Below are positions 14,201 through 28,489 of a stretch of 64,000 nt of DNA, piece after piece. The DNA comes from Epiperipatus broadwayi. Lineage: Eukaryota; Animalia; Onychophora. The stretch is from assembly GCA_028023455.1 (NCBI GenBank), contig JAQFVV010000008.1:248001-312000 (forward strand), given 5' to 3'. A program made the translations under genes and the position numbers. The stretch's first letter is position 1, and each line of letters opens with the position of its first letter. Below the pieces are notes generated by a model, which did not search any database, was not told where the DNA came from, and saw only the letters and a program-made list of their open reading frames with translations.

Positions 14201-14809
14201 ATTTTATAACTGATGGGATGTTTAATTTTTAGAAAAACCTCCCATCCATTATTTAATAGGTTACATTACTGTGAGAAATAAGAATACAAGAGATTTACAT
14301 TATGCAAGCAATTACGTGCTCAGATTATTGGAAAGATCAAAGATTAGTATGCTACAAGATTAAAATGATTGTTGCATTAAAAAGTAAATAATCAAATGAT
14401 AATCATAAGAAAATTGATATTCTTTCCTTAGAAGAATCTACTATAGATACTGAATTTTAACAGCTATTAAGCACTAAAATTGGTAATTTGGATCTTCAGG
14501 ATTGTCATTACTAAAGTATGGAATTGTCTTAAAGAGTGTAAATTGAACAACTGACAAAAATTAAAAATGATTACTGAATTAAAACAGTGAAGATGCAAAC
14601 ATTTGTTAATCATGGTCATTCTAAATCTTTTTTTTTTGAGGCAATGAAAGCAACATATAAATCTGAGAAATGGCATCACAATTATTAAATCCAGCAATGG
14701 CCCTCTCTTACATAATATTTTGAATAAGTGAAAAGAATATTTTTATCATCTTTTAAATGATGATACAAAAATTGAGATGTTGACTTTTAATGATATATTC
14801 TTTTTATCT

Positions 14810-16375
14810 ACTCATTTAGAGTTCAACAAAGATGCCACTTTATGAAATCAAAATAGCTCTTTGCAATAGTAAAAATGGATTGTCTGCAGTTCCTGATGAA
14901 ATGCTGGAAAAATTTTAAAATATACGTCAGTTTCAAAAATATTAAATTTTTTTAGGAATATATGGATCAGTGGTATATCATTATTATCCATTACAGCAAA
15001 AGTACTTTCAAGAATTTTGTTGAATAAGTTGTGTCTAGTTATAGATAAATGGTTACCAGAGATTCAATGTGGTTTTAGAACATCAAGAATCACTAGACAT
15101 GGTGTTTTATGCCAAGCAAATGCTAGACATGATGATAATTAAAAAAATGATTAATATATATATATATTGCTTTTATTTTCAGTTAATATAACAGGTCTAT
15201 AACACTGTTTGAAAATGGCTGCATAACAAAATTTATTCATATTATACAAATTTCTATATGATGTAATGGAAGTGTTATTGCTACAAGTAGAAAATCTAAG
15301 GAGGCATTTGAGATGAAAACTGGTGTTAAACAAAGTTGTATATTTGCTCCAACAATGTTTTCAATTTTTATGACAAATGTTTATAGGTGGATTAATCAAA
15401 TGGGATTAAGGTACAATCCTGGTGAAATTTTTAATTTGAATTAATTAAAAGCTAAAGCAAGAACTTCATCTTGGATTCTGGATTTACAATATGCTGATAA
15501 TTGTGCTATTTTTGCCAATTCAAAAACGATATATAAAATGCTCTTAATGTTTTAAATGCAGCATATAAAGACCTTGGTTTATTAATTAATGTTGAAAAAA
15601 CAAAACTAGTTCTTTATCAGCCAGAAATGGAAAAAAAATCCTCAGCAACTTTAGCTTAGATGGTGTTCAACTTGAGAATGTAAACCAGTTTAAATACTTT
15701 TGTAGCTTCATAACTATAAAAATGGACATAGATGTTGAGGTTCAACAAAGATTCCAATGCGCTACTGTTGTTTTTAACAAGTTAAAAGAATAATTCATCG
15801 CAGGATAATAATTATTGCCACTAATCCTTATATAGTGCTATTATTTTAGCTAATTTATTACTTGGAAGTGAAATTTGGCCACCCAATCAGTATTAGTAAA
15901 GTTTCATTTAATTAATGATGCCGAATTTTAAAAATACAATAGGAAGATCATCAAACCAATCAATATGTTCTTCAATTTATTGGATGTGATACTATAGAAT
16001 CTACTATTTTAAAATCTCACCGTTAGATTGGACATATAAACTGAATGAACAATAGACAGCTTTCCTAAGAATGTTTTATGAACATGAACATAAGTTTCAT
16101 GGGAGAAGTACACACTATTTACATTATAAGGATTATCTCCAAGATATGCAAAAGTAGTGCAATGTCAATTGTTTCCACTGGAATGATATGACAGAGAATA
16201 GACATTGGAGAACTACAATGTTTAAGTATTTTAGAAAGAAAAGTTTTCTGCTGAGGAAACTAAGGCAACTAAAATATCAAGTATCAAGTTAACAGAAAAA
16301 TGAACTACCATGTTCTATATATAAATGTATTTGTATTTTACAGACCAGTTTGTATAGCCATTGGAAAATTCATTT
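14810..16375 (+). mobile_element. RTE (BovB-like) LINE, degenerate RT and C-terminus
   Basis: LPEIQCGFR, FEMKTGVKQSCIFAPTMF, DLQYADNCA and terminal LYSHWKIH; many stops and frameshifts. Confidence 0.85.
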
Positions 16376-17819
16376 CTAGAGTAGTTTTTTTTTTTTTTGG
16401 AGTTGAAATGGCCATACTCACTTATAAGTGATTGTGTATTATTACTATAAATCATTATAATATTAAATTAATAAATTATTAAAGCAAAATTGAAAGATTT
16501 ATAATGTAGATTTCACCTTTTGAATGCTATATAAATAAATACAGAATATAATTTGTCCAAGGTTTGATTTTTATTAAAGAAGTAGCCAGTCAATAAAATG
16601 GATAAAGAAATAATCGTAATTATTATTTAATAAATATAAGTTTTGAAAAGAGCTGATTAATTTCTGGACATTTTTTTGATTGATCTGTATTGAAAGTATT
16701 GAGACTTTGATTAATCATTTTTCTAGAAGTAAAGATAGAAAATGATATCTGAAAACCCATTAAAAATTATAAAAACAATTTAATGAATATTCACTGAAAT
16801 ACATATAAAATGCAACTCATATTTTATAATTTAATCATTGCTAACTATTATTTACAAAATATGTTTGGATATATCATAATATAAATAATTGGGATACTAC
16901 AATCTTTATATCTGGTCATATTATGATCAACATAATAAAATAACTAAATTGAGTCATCCACAGATAATTAAACACTTCAATCAATAGCCATAGTTCAGTG
17001 CATTATTTTATATGTATCTGAAAATTTTGTTATTAGGAAAGATAACAGAAATATAATTGTTTGGGTGATGATGCCATTTGTCATGATGATGAGTAATCCT
17101 TCAAAATGACAACAAGAATATTGAGTTCAATAGTTTATATAAAATCAAAAAAAAAAGAAGAATGTATTAGCCATCTAACTAGATTACTACAATTAAGTGT
17201 TAAATATATTTCTACTGTATATGTTTGATTTTCACTACATATTTACGATATTCTTAATAATACAATTAGAAGCATAAAGAAAGACAATATCATTCACTCC
17301 TTAAGCTAAATTAAGGAAGACAATCAAATTACCAGATCCTTTAATATGGCTTACTCCCTTTCACAAGCATATGAAGGACAAAACTAGCAAAAGTTAAAAC
17401 AGACACAGATGCTAAAATATATTATATAATTAAATACATTAACAACAGAAGCAAAATTCTTCAAATTTAATTACTGTATTTAATAAAAAGCAGCACAAAC
17501 TTTCATTATATTTTCAATTAATAGTTTTGAAAATTATATTCTTAAGATGATTTATTTAGACTTTTTTAAAAAAATTTTTCATTTGTCAAATTGGATAAAA
17601 ACTTTATTACTTCACTGATCAAACAACTATACATCATGTTTTAATGTAGTACAGGAGATCAAAACAAATTAATACATTGTTTCATTTCAAAAAAACTTCA
17701 AAGTAAGATACTATTGCAGTCAGTAAATATTACAAAGGAAATAATTTACTTTGTTTGATATAAATTCTTTTTAAAAATTACTATTTTTTTGATAGATCAT
17801 TGCTCAACATAAAATTTTT

Positions 17820-18873
17820 GGTATTAGTATATATAATACACTCCACTGCTTGATGGCGCTGGTTTTTGGCCAACGCATATCAATATGCCGTTTTAGCAGC
17901 ATAACTTGCGACTAACACTATAACAGTTTACAGCCTATAGAACAGTGATGTTCATATTAGCCGTTGTGGGCGTATATTGCATTGCACACATATATTACGG
18001 CCCACTGATGTGCTTCGCAACATTATCCAAATGCACATTTCACAGAAGGCTACTAAATCATGTGAGGGTGTATGGAATTCAACTGACTATAACTTTTGTA
18101 ATGTGTGTTCGAAGTAATAATCATACACCCTATCTGACATAGTATTACATACTAATAATTGTAAGCCTGCCGCCACACTTCCCTACACAGCTATGAATAT
18201 GAAATAAATTTCAAAAGTGTAGTGACAAGCACAATTTCAGAATTCACGCGAAAAGTCACGTTTGTGCAAGAACAGTTGAGACAAATTAAATGTCTGGGGT
18301 TGCATATTGTTTTGGAAATCAGAAGCTTGGTTTGATCACAGTACTGCATCTTTTGGACGATCCTTTGGATCGCCAAAGACATTGGTCCCCGGCCCTGCAC
18401 ATTCCTGCACTATGCACTAAGATTTATAATGTAATTTTAAACTGGATTATATTTTAGCAAATAATGTTGGTTCATAAATTGTTTAAAAGTAGTTTGAAAA
18501 ATGTCAACACACGATGAAATGTATAAAAAATAAATAAAAATACCGTATGTAATATTTACTGAGGCTATAACCTCGATAATATGCATATAAAATGCGATAG
18601 TAGGGACTTTGGTGTCCCTACTATCACATTTTATACGCATATTATCGAGGTTATAGCCTCAGTAAATATTACTTACATAATCAATGTGCGTTTAATAAAT
18701 TTATAATTACAAAAATACCGTATATAAAAGTAATGTATATTTAAAAGATCGTATATAAATTTATAAAATTTACCATATTTGACAATATCGTCATCCCATG
18801 AACATGTATATTGATGTGCAATGGGTGAAAAACAGCGCCATTTAGTGGGGAGTGTATTATATTTACTAGTACC
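17820..18873. mobile_element. Non-autonomous TIR element, family E copy 2, 8-bp TSD AAATTTTT
   Basis: TIRs GGTA(T/C)TAGTA(T/A)ATATAATACACTCC..ATGGCGCTG..GC(A)CATCAATAT; AAATTTTT at 17812-17819 and 18874-18881; terminal motif shared with 10376-12114. Confidence 0.85.
18549..18672. repeat. Near-perfect palindrome, 59-bp arms with a 6-nt loop, inside E2
   Basis: Arms 18549-18607 and 18614-18672 differ at only two transition positions. Confidence 0.95.
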
Positions 18874-21800
18874 AAATTTTTCAAATGAAAATTATCCATA
18901 AGTGCTGCTAATTTGGATACTGAGTGCCATTTTTATATGCTGATGCCAATGGTAGAAAAAAGCTATCAAGAGTTTGGGAAAATAATACAAATGAATCTGT
19001 AGTTAAGGTAAGTCTCCAGATTTACTTGGATTAAATCATGACAACCCTTCTATTTGTTTAAATTAATTAATAAAAATAATTTATAAGTGCTTTCTACACA
19101 GTATAAATTAAATGCAATTTATTCATATTAGATTAATTGTAACAAATATAATTGATACTTGTAATGTTTACAAGTCCGTGTATATATGTATAAATGAATA
19201 TATATATATATTTGATCTACATAGTTTTTTTTGTTATACTGTTCAATTTTGTATTAAAAATTTAAATACATGTTTGTGTAAATATTGAAGATACGGTTTA
19301 TTAAAGTGAAATTTAAAATAAATTACAAACATTCTAGTATATAAAAGGAAAAATATTAGTTTAAAAAAACAGATGAAAGAAATGGGGAGTATATTTCACA
19401 TATTTTAAAAATTCTATGGCTTAATTTATGATGAGCAATACTTATAAGATTATCTGGTCGAAAAAGAACATCAATACTGCAATAAATAAATAAATTGAAA
19501 GAAATCTACTTGAGATTTACAGATTTGTTTTCATAAAAGAATTACATAAAGCTTTTTTTTTTCCTTCAAAATTTTAGATATTTTGTTTTAGAAATCACTT
19601 TTCAGAATATAGAATATCAAACCTTGAATTTCTTTACCTAATCACGTTACAAATATATACACATACTTATATAAAAATTAATTAAAATTTCGACAAATGG
19701 TTTTATTTCAATTTTCTAGTTCTCTGCAAAAATCATCATTTTTGAAAAATTCAATTTATAATTCCAAAATAAAATAAAGTCATAAATTTTATTGAGATGT
19801 GTGATAAATAAAAATGGATACAAAGCATTATTAAAATTTAAAATATGATAAAAAAAATTCCACAAATTGATTATTCTTTACTACAGCAATAAGTATTTTT
19901 TTTATATATTGTAAATCAGTTACAAATGCCACTTTAAAAAAGCAAATTTTTTTCAAATGTTATTTTATTCTTTTGTATTTCTTAAACACTGTAAATATTC
20001 TCTCATATTTGTGCATATGTTTTGTGTGTTTATTAGAAATATTTAGTGCAAAAAAAAAAATTATTCAGAAAAGATAACATATTAAACAGTTTCACCGCAA
20101 AAACTGTTTAAAAGGATACAGAAAAAACATTCATAAGCTCAGTAAACAAAAAAATTTAAATATATATTTTTCTGTTTAAATAGTAATGTAATGTATAATA
20201 AATGCTAAGATTCTAAAATCAATCTTTGACTATTAAAACATTGTTTATTTAAATCTGGAAAACAAATTGAATCATTACCTCACTTTGCATCAATATTTAA
20301 TGTTTACACACATACCCAAAGTAACCCTTTATATGCAGCATTCATTTAAAAATAAACTATATCAAACATGCAATATAAAATGCAGAAAATCAGTATTGAT
20401 TTCTATTATTAATAGGGCTAAAGTATAAATTTAAGTGTTGGATTAGGTCATCATGAAATCTTTCAGTTTATAGTCTACTCAACAAAGAAATAGGTGAATG
20501 AATATTCCTCTTCTTATTTACAGATATTTCATATCCATATTATTATAATCCGAAGACAAAATTAATAACCGCAATGCTTATAAATTATCCCGGATCTTAA
20601 ACTTCATATTGATATTTGATTAGACAAAAAAATTTCCAACTTCCATCTTTTTAATATGACATCCAAATAAATAAGAAAACTGTTTCAGTCCAAAATATAA
20701 TTTTATAAATCCAAGGAAATATAAATATTTTACTTACAAATACCAAGTAAATCTCAGCAAGATATTAGTTTAATAAGTTTTAATCATCATTATTCCATTT
20801 TTGATGTTATTCATACTATAGTTAAAGAAAATTCAATATTCAAAAGTTATAATATTCAGATTAATTAGAAACATTATTCTTCAGCAATTTATACCAAAGT
20901 TGATTCAAACAAAATCATCATAAATGACAAAAAAATCACAAAACTACATTTGACTCCTAATATACTGTCACACATATTTAAAATTATAATAAGTCAATCA
21001 TCAAAACAGTTGAATCTGAGAAAACTGGTTAAGTTAAAATTTTAGTATCACTGAAGAACCATATAAAATGTATCAAGAAAACATATTTTGTCCATCTTTC
21101 ATCATGATTAATCAACTTTGTATGCAATATAAATATGAAATGCTTCAATAGTACATTTATCCAACAAACAGCTAAAAAATTCATTACTGTCCTCAAAGAG
21201 AGCACATCAAATTAAATGAATAGTAGGTGTTGAAGATTTAAAAATACCTTAGTAATGACTTTTACAAAAATAAATTTAAATATGCTTTAGTTGAAGACAT
21301 AAAAATATTACTTCTGTCAATTTAGAATAATTTTGTCATTCAACCTAAAGAATTTAAGTAAAAAACAAAACTGCAATGTGCTAAGTCCCTATATTTAAAG
21401 GGTTTATTCCATTAAACATATGCCAATCTCCATATTCTCATTTAAAGAATGTGGTATATATATATTCAAAGGAATAAAATATAAAAATTCCAATGGAAAT
21501 TAATTATAAAAAATATACCAGGTCTCCTTTATTTAGCAATGAATTTAAATAAAAAATTATTTTACAATAAACAATGGTACATGAATAAATTCAAAGTTAT
21601 ATCATGACAGCATTTAATAAATTATAAATTTTAAAAAAAATCAATAATTATTTATCAAATACTTTAATCAGAAAATATTATTAAACAATTTAGCCAAGAA
21701 ATATCTTATAGTTAAAAAAAAAAATTAAACCTAAAAATACAATTATGTATAACTTAAAAGTGCTTAGAATTTTTCTTTTTACTTTAGTATATTTTTCTTT

Positions 21801-24058
21801 ACATTACCCCTATATAAGTATTAAATTTCTATTAATATTTGCTTGTTAAATAAATATATCTGCAGTGAGGTCTACTAAAAAAGAGATTTTAAAATGAACA
21901 AAAACTTTTTGTGATTAAATTTAAGATTTATTGAACAAATGCTAGCATTACAATGACAGGGATTTTTGCCATTTAAAACACATCAATGTTGTTTGAGAAA
22001 TTTATCTTTAGCAATAAAAACATTATGTTTATTTTGTTTAAAAATACTGCATTAGATAAATGTATAATTGAAATAATTTGAGTCAAGTTATAAAAGTCAA
22101 ATTTGAAATTTGATTAATGTAGACAATTTTTTTTTTTTTAATATAAGTTCTAAATGCTAAAATTTGGTAATCAATTTAACTTGTTTACATCTTTTTTATC
22201 TTTATCAATAAAAATATTATTTAAAATTATTTTCCTACATGTGTATACTATAATAATGCTGTCATCGCAAAAATATATTTTAAAAAATTCAAAATGAGAC
22301 TGGTAAAATAATGAAAATCTAAGTGCTAAAATTTAGTTATCGATTTCATTTGCTTATCTCTTTCTTGCTCTAATAGTAAAAATTTTGTATGTATTTATTT
22401 TTATATAAAAGTATTTTTTTAAGTGTTTTTGCTATAATAATTTTAGTCACGAGTCCTAAAAACCAAATTTGAAATGATGACATAAAAAAATTTTTTCAAA
22501 ACAAAGTTCGATAAGTAGTGAAAATACACGATTTGCTGACTACTTTCTATTAAGCAGTAAAAATATACATATTTTTATTTTAAATATCGTCTTAGGTGCT
22601 TATGAATATAACAATTTTAGTTCAATTATAAAAAATGAATTTAAAATCTGATAATGTAGGCATCAAAAAAAATTTTTTTAGAACAATGTGTGGTAAAATG
22701 ATTCAAATCTAATAAGCTGGAATGCCATTAGCTGAAATTTTAAAAAATGTTACAAGCATTACTGACTGATATAGCAATCCATGCGTAAGTCTATATAATA
22801 TTTCAGCATTAAAGAATAACATGACATTATTATCACATTTTGTCATTATATTTATAATTAATTTTTCTTCTTCAATTATTTTTTTAAATTATTTTCTTAT
22901 GCGACAAATATTAATTTTAATTATAAGCTAAAAAAATAGTGTCAAAAAATTGATCACTACTAAAGTGGAAAAAAAATCTCTAAAAGAAAATGCAGTAAAA
23001 TAACCAGTGATTTAAATTCTGAATATGATGTGATTAAATCAATAATCCATACCAGTTTAAAAAATGATGAATTAATAAGTAGATAATGAAAAGGATATCA
23101 GTTTGTGATGTTTATACTGTAACATAATACAACTAATGAAAGCTCAGCAAATGATAAGTATTATACAGTGAGGTAATCATTTGTGAAAAATTTAAGCAAT
23201 GATTTGAAGAATTTTTAGCTGACTATTAATACAAGTATCATCATTTCTGTGAAGAAATTTACTGCCAGCAAGTATAATTCACCAGATTCAGAAAAAAGAA
23301 TTGAATTTCATAGTGTTATAAAGCAAAGATAGGAAAGCTGTTGAACAGTGGAAATTCTGAATATGAACAATCTATGAATTTTTATTGGGATATATATGTT
23401 ATACCTAGTTTTATGCTTTTAAAGATCTGAAATCAACTTATATTATTATTAGGATATAAGTTTATGTTTAATTATATATATATTTACACTTCTATTTTTG
23501 ATTTTCTCTGTGTAAATGGTTCTTTTGGATGAAGTGAGTCTAGAACAGATTCTAAAATACTTGTATTTCATTATAAGTTCAAAAAACCAATGAGATAAAA
23601 ATCTCATTCTGTAACCAATTAGGTTATTATAGCAGATTCGACTCCATATTATAATAAAATTAAGCCTAAAAAATTTAATAAGATTGTAATAAAATAATTT
23701 AGTTAAAAACACATTAACTGAACATGCTATCAATAATCATTAATTAAAAATAAATTATAATTATATGGGCAGACCAAGAGTTTAATTCAATTGAGTGGAT
23801 TATAATTTTTCTTTTTTTAGATTATTCAGCTGGAAATGAATCCATAATTTTTCTATAAGAATATCTCTCTACTACTGTGTCAAATCAGCAAGGCTGATGC
23901 AGTTATCTCAAGAATATCTCTCTATCGTGCTAAATCAACAAGGCTGCAGTAAAGTTAATGGCTCATCTCTGAAATGAATGAAGACAGTTTCATATAATTA
24001 TATGATTGTAATTCAATTCAAATAACTTTGGAATCTTTATCATCTTATTCTTCAGTCA

Positions 24059-24141
24059 ATGATAACTAGATATCTATTTATTGACTAATACAATCTAATA
24101 TGATAACTAGATATCTATTTATTGACTAATACAATCTAATA
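24059..24141. repeat. 41-bp tandem duplication at the 5' edge of an RTE remnant
   Basis: ATGATAACTAGATATCTATTTATTGACTAATACAATCTAAT occurs twice. Confidence 0.95.
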
Positions 24142-24142
24142 T

Positions 24143-26445
24143 TTAATGGGACATTGTTAGACTTAGTGAAGTTATAAAAAAAGATGAAGAGAATTCATTT
24201 AAAAAGTACTTTAGCACAAAGGCATAAACACTGGAAACACAAGTGGAGTGGTATTCATAATTAAAAAGCAGAACAACATTATGAAGATTAATGTTACATC
24301 ACAGAGAGTGGCAAAATTAGTTATTCAACTTAATAAAAATATCAAATGCAGACAATTCAGGTTTGTGCTCCAACAAGGTCTTATTATGATGAAGAAATAG
24401 AGAATTTTTATATATATGAACCAAATGTTTTTGATCATACCAAACAATAGTTCAAAATTGTAATTGGTAAACGATTGAAAAATGGAAAGTGCTGTGGGTA
24501 CATTTGTGAAATTTACAGAAAAAAAAATGTATACTGTATTATGAATTCTTTCTGTGAGAAAAATGCTAAAATGAAAATGGATATGAAAACATCTAACTAA
24601 AGATATAGAATTGAATATTTTTTTGACTAATAAAAATTGTTAATATTTTAAAACAATTTGCAAATTTTAATTTTTATTAGTCAAAAAAATAGACATTAAT
24701 AATATAACTCATACTCTATTGAGTTCTACTAGAAAAATAACTAGTACAAAAAAAAGGCAATTTATAAATTTTCTATTCAGATGAGGTTATGTAAGAAAAG
24801 GAATTTTTTTTTAAAAAAATAATCCATTAAGAAAAATTGTATTTCAAGAAATTTTTTAAAATGATATAAAAAAGAATTAATGATATATGAAAATATAAAT
24901 GATTTAGCAAAGAAGGCTACAAAAAAGAATAAAAGTTTTAAAAGTATGCAATAACATCTTGGTATTGGTAGAAGTTATTTCAGCAATTAAAAGAAAATAT
25001 CAAACTATTATTAAAAAGGAGGTAAACATCATGAAATGTGTAAAATAATTCTACAAAGAATTATAAAATAATAAAAAACAAAAAAATAAAAAAACACATA
25101 ATTAATACATCTTCAGAATTGCCAAGTAATCTTAAAAGAAGGTTAAGTAAAAAAATTGTTTACAAAATTATATACTAGATGTCAAATGATAAACATGTAC
25201 CAGATGACTAAAAGCAGAAGCAATATTGATATTTAAGAAAGATTATAAAGAAAATATTATAAATTACAGTTATCATTCTTTTCTCAGTGCCACACAAATC
25301 TTTACCAAGACAATTACAACTCATTTATAGCAAACTTTAATATGCAAATCAATTAAAAGAACAAGTTGTATTTAAAATAGTTTGGATCTCATATTCAAGT
25401 ATTGAGAGCAGTTTTAGCAAGGATCAATAAGTTTGAATTGTCAATATTATGCCATGGATTTAGAGATTATGAAAAGGCATATAATTTTATGAGCATTTCT
25501 TGAATGATTAAAATAATGGATCAGCAAACTATAAAAACAGGATATTTACGAAAATACAATAACGATTAAATAACATAATGATATTAGAAAGATTAATATT
25601 GAAAGAAGGTGTACAACAGGATTATTTCATATTTCTAAAACTTTTTACAGCAGTTGTGCAACAAGTATTTTGTGGATTAAAATGGGAAGCTAAAAAAATA
25701 AAAATATATGAAGATTCTAGATTTTGAAGATAATATGGTAGTTTTAGTAATAATGCTTCATAGCTTCAGGAATTACAGAAAGAGCTATCACATGAAAGTA
25801 GGATTAAAGATGAATACTAAAAAGATGAAAGTAATGTTCAATGCATATTCTCTGAAGATAATATTGATAATCATAAATTAGAAAAAATTAACAATTACAA
25901 ATACCTTGAGGAGATTATTAATACACATGGAAACATAATAAATAAAATCAATCACAGAATTAAAACTTAGATGCTTTTTGATAAAAATAATTTAATATTA
26001 AAAGAAAATGTTGTTTCAAAAGGAAAAATGTTTAATATATATGTTTTATGAGACCTTATTTCTGGGTCTGAGATTTGGATACTTAAATAAAAGAGGAGTA
26101 GAGACTTCAGTCCATTCAATAAAATATGAAGATATATATGTTGGAAAAAACAAGGGACCGTGTTCAAGCAAAATATTTGGATGAGAAAACAAACAGGTAT
26201 CAGTGTCAATATAAATATTAAGAGGTAGAAATAGTTTGTCTAGACATAATACTAGAAAAGATGATAATAAAGGATAGTTGAAATTTCATTTTGGATTCCA
26301 AGAGATTATCAAAGATCTAAAAAGAAACTGCATGTGAGATGGATGAAATAAGAATATGTGCTGGTAGGCTGTGAAGCGAGAGGTTATAGATTGGAGACAC
26401 GGGATTAAATCTGGAGATATCTTCAACCTGCAATAGACCAATAAT
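24143..26445 (+). mobile_element. RTE-clade LINE, degenerate APE+RT with 3' end
   Basis: DIVRLSEV, QVCAPT (APE); DYEKAY, GVQQ, LDFEDNMV, VGLKMNTKKMKVM, KYL (RT); RWM-type C-terminus. Confidence 0.85.
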
Positions 26446-28420
26446 AGTTACAAATGATATTTGAATAGATATAAATCGGCTAAATGAAAAAAAAAAATAC
26501 AGAGACCAGAAAAGATTTTTAAAGATTCACCCAGTTTGGACTCAAAGTCCATGTCATAAGAATACCAGATTGATACACTAAACATTTCATTATATCCTTA
26601 TATAAAGAATTGCTTTCTTATCAATAAAAAAAAACCTCCATATCATATATTAAAAAAAAAAAACAATTTAAACACCATTGTTTTGGAAACAGTGAGGTTA
26701 GAATTCCTAATTAAATTCCATTTTAACTTTCAAGTTTTAAAAATAATTAGTATACATGATTGAGGAAATTTAGAAAGCAACTCAAGTTACAAGATCATTC
26801 ATTTGAATGAAAACAATTTTCGTTCACAAAAAGTAAATAAGTTTTTATATCATTTTAGAACATACCTGTCACATAAAATATTAATGGCATATCCTCAAAT
26901 GAATAAAATGGTTTGGGGACTTTTTCAGTTGAACAGAATATTTATCCCATTTATTTTTAAGATAAATTTAATATACAGTATATCAAAATGGTAAATTACT
27001 AATAGATGATGTTTTTCCAGTTTTATGAATTTAAAATCTAACTATTTGTCAAATGAAAATTTTCTCTCTCTGATATTATTTTCTTGTATTTTTAAGAAAT
27101 GTATTTGAAATTCTGAACTTTCTAATATCATTTTATAGCATACTTATGTGAAATATTTTCTGCATATGTCATGTTACAATTAAAATTCATATGATATATA
27201 TAATACTTACATAAAGTAGGAACCTGAATAGAAAGATAACATTTCCCTTTTCACCATAAATTATTAAATCCAAATTTTTTTTAGAACTATTTAGAATATT
27301 ACTTTTATTTTCACATTCACAGCTTTTCAATGTAGCATTGCCTTGTAAGCTTAACTAAAATGTCAGTCTCTGGAGTCACTGGATATTTTTTTAACATAGC
27401 ACTAACATAAAACATAACATCTAATATCGAATTAACAGAAAAACAAGATTGCAAGTTTAGACTCATTTACATTATTTAGAAAGTCAAACAGAGAACAACC
27501 AGCTATTAAAGAAATCATTAGATATGGATTTTATTTGAAAGAGATCTAGAATAAAAAGATGAAGTTCCACTAATCATGAAGTAATCAATGACTTTAACAA
27601 TTGGATTAATTTAAATAGTACAAAGCAAATCCATAATTAAATTGTCTTGTTATAAACAGTTATGTTAATATTAAAACAAAATTAAAATCAATATGAGAAT
27701 AATCCTTCAAAATCTCTGTTGGCAGAACAAAACTGAAGAAGAAAATTTAAACAAAAATTCAAACTGATGAGCATACTTCCAAGTTTGAAATAAGAACTGT
27801 GATAATATGAAAATAAGTTACAATTTTCACACAATAAAACATTTTATACTTTATTATTGCATTCAGGAAGACTCCTGTGATTCATAAAAAAACAGAAAAC
27901 TGGAATTGTTGAATTTCATCAAACTGGAATACCCAGAGACTTAGAAAACAAGAACTATAGATATATAGGCAAGAAAAAAAAAATTAAGAAAATCATATAA
28001 CCAAGGAAGAAAGCAAAAAAAAAAAAAACAATGATTAAGAAAAGATAGAGATCTGTATTTGAAATGGAATGAGATTTGCATGATGTGACGAAAGAATCGA
28101 TGCAAGAAACTTTAGAAATAATCAATATAATCCTTGCCAATTTTAAATATCATATTGAACTTAAATAAAAAACAGATTGTTACTACCACCAAAATTTATG
28201 CAAGAGTCAATACTGATTCTGTCATTAATTTGTAAATGAATAAGATGAAGAAGACTAATATGTAAAACCATGAAAAATTTGATATACAGTTGAGAAAAAA
28301 CTGCAACAAATGATATCAGTATCTTTTTTTTTGTTTGATGATTGTTATGATGAGATTAAGTTCATGTTAAAGGAAAAAGAAAATAATATACAGTATGTAT
28401 GTATGTAAATAAATCATTTT

Positions 28421-28489
28421 TATATAGCGCGATGTTTGTAAACTGTAATATTTAAAACAGCAATACGCTGTTGCACATGCGCTTTAAAG
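28421..28489 (-). repeat. Diverged copy of the terminal sequence of the 7476-8098 element
   Basis: TATAGCGCGATGTTTGTAAACTGTAATA...TGCACATGCGCTTTAAAG aligns with the reverse complement of ~8016-8083. Confidence 0.6.

Noticed and set aside
10376-18873. Classifying elements E1/E2 as CACTA
   Set aside because: CACT lies inside the TIR; the symmetry extends out to GGTA.., and E2 has an 8-bp rather than 2-3 bp TSD.
18880-19013. Plus-strand exon ending AAG|GTAAGT (…ADANGRKKLSRVWENNTNESVVK)
   Set aside because: There is an upstream in-frame stop, no good acceptor and no homology; about one such 9-mer is expected by chance in this window.
22950-23440. pogo-like transposase PHD tail (CLYCN…)
   Set aside because: A single Cys motif amid frameshifts; not supportable without a profile search.
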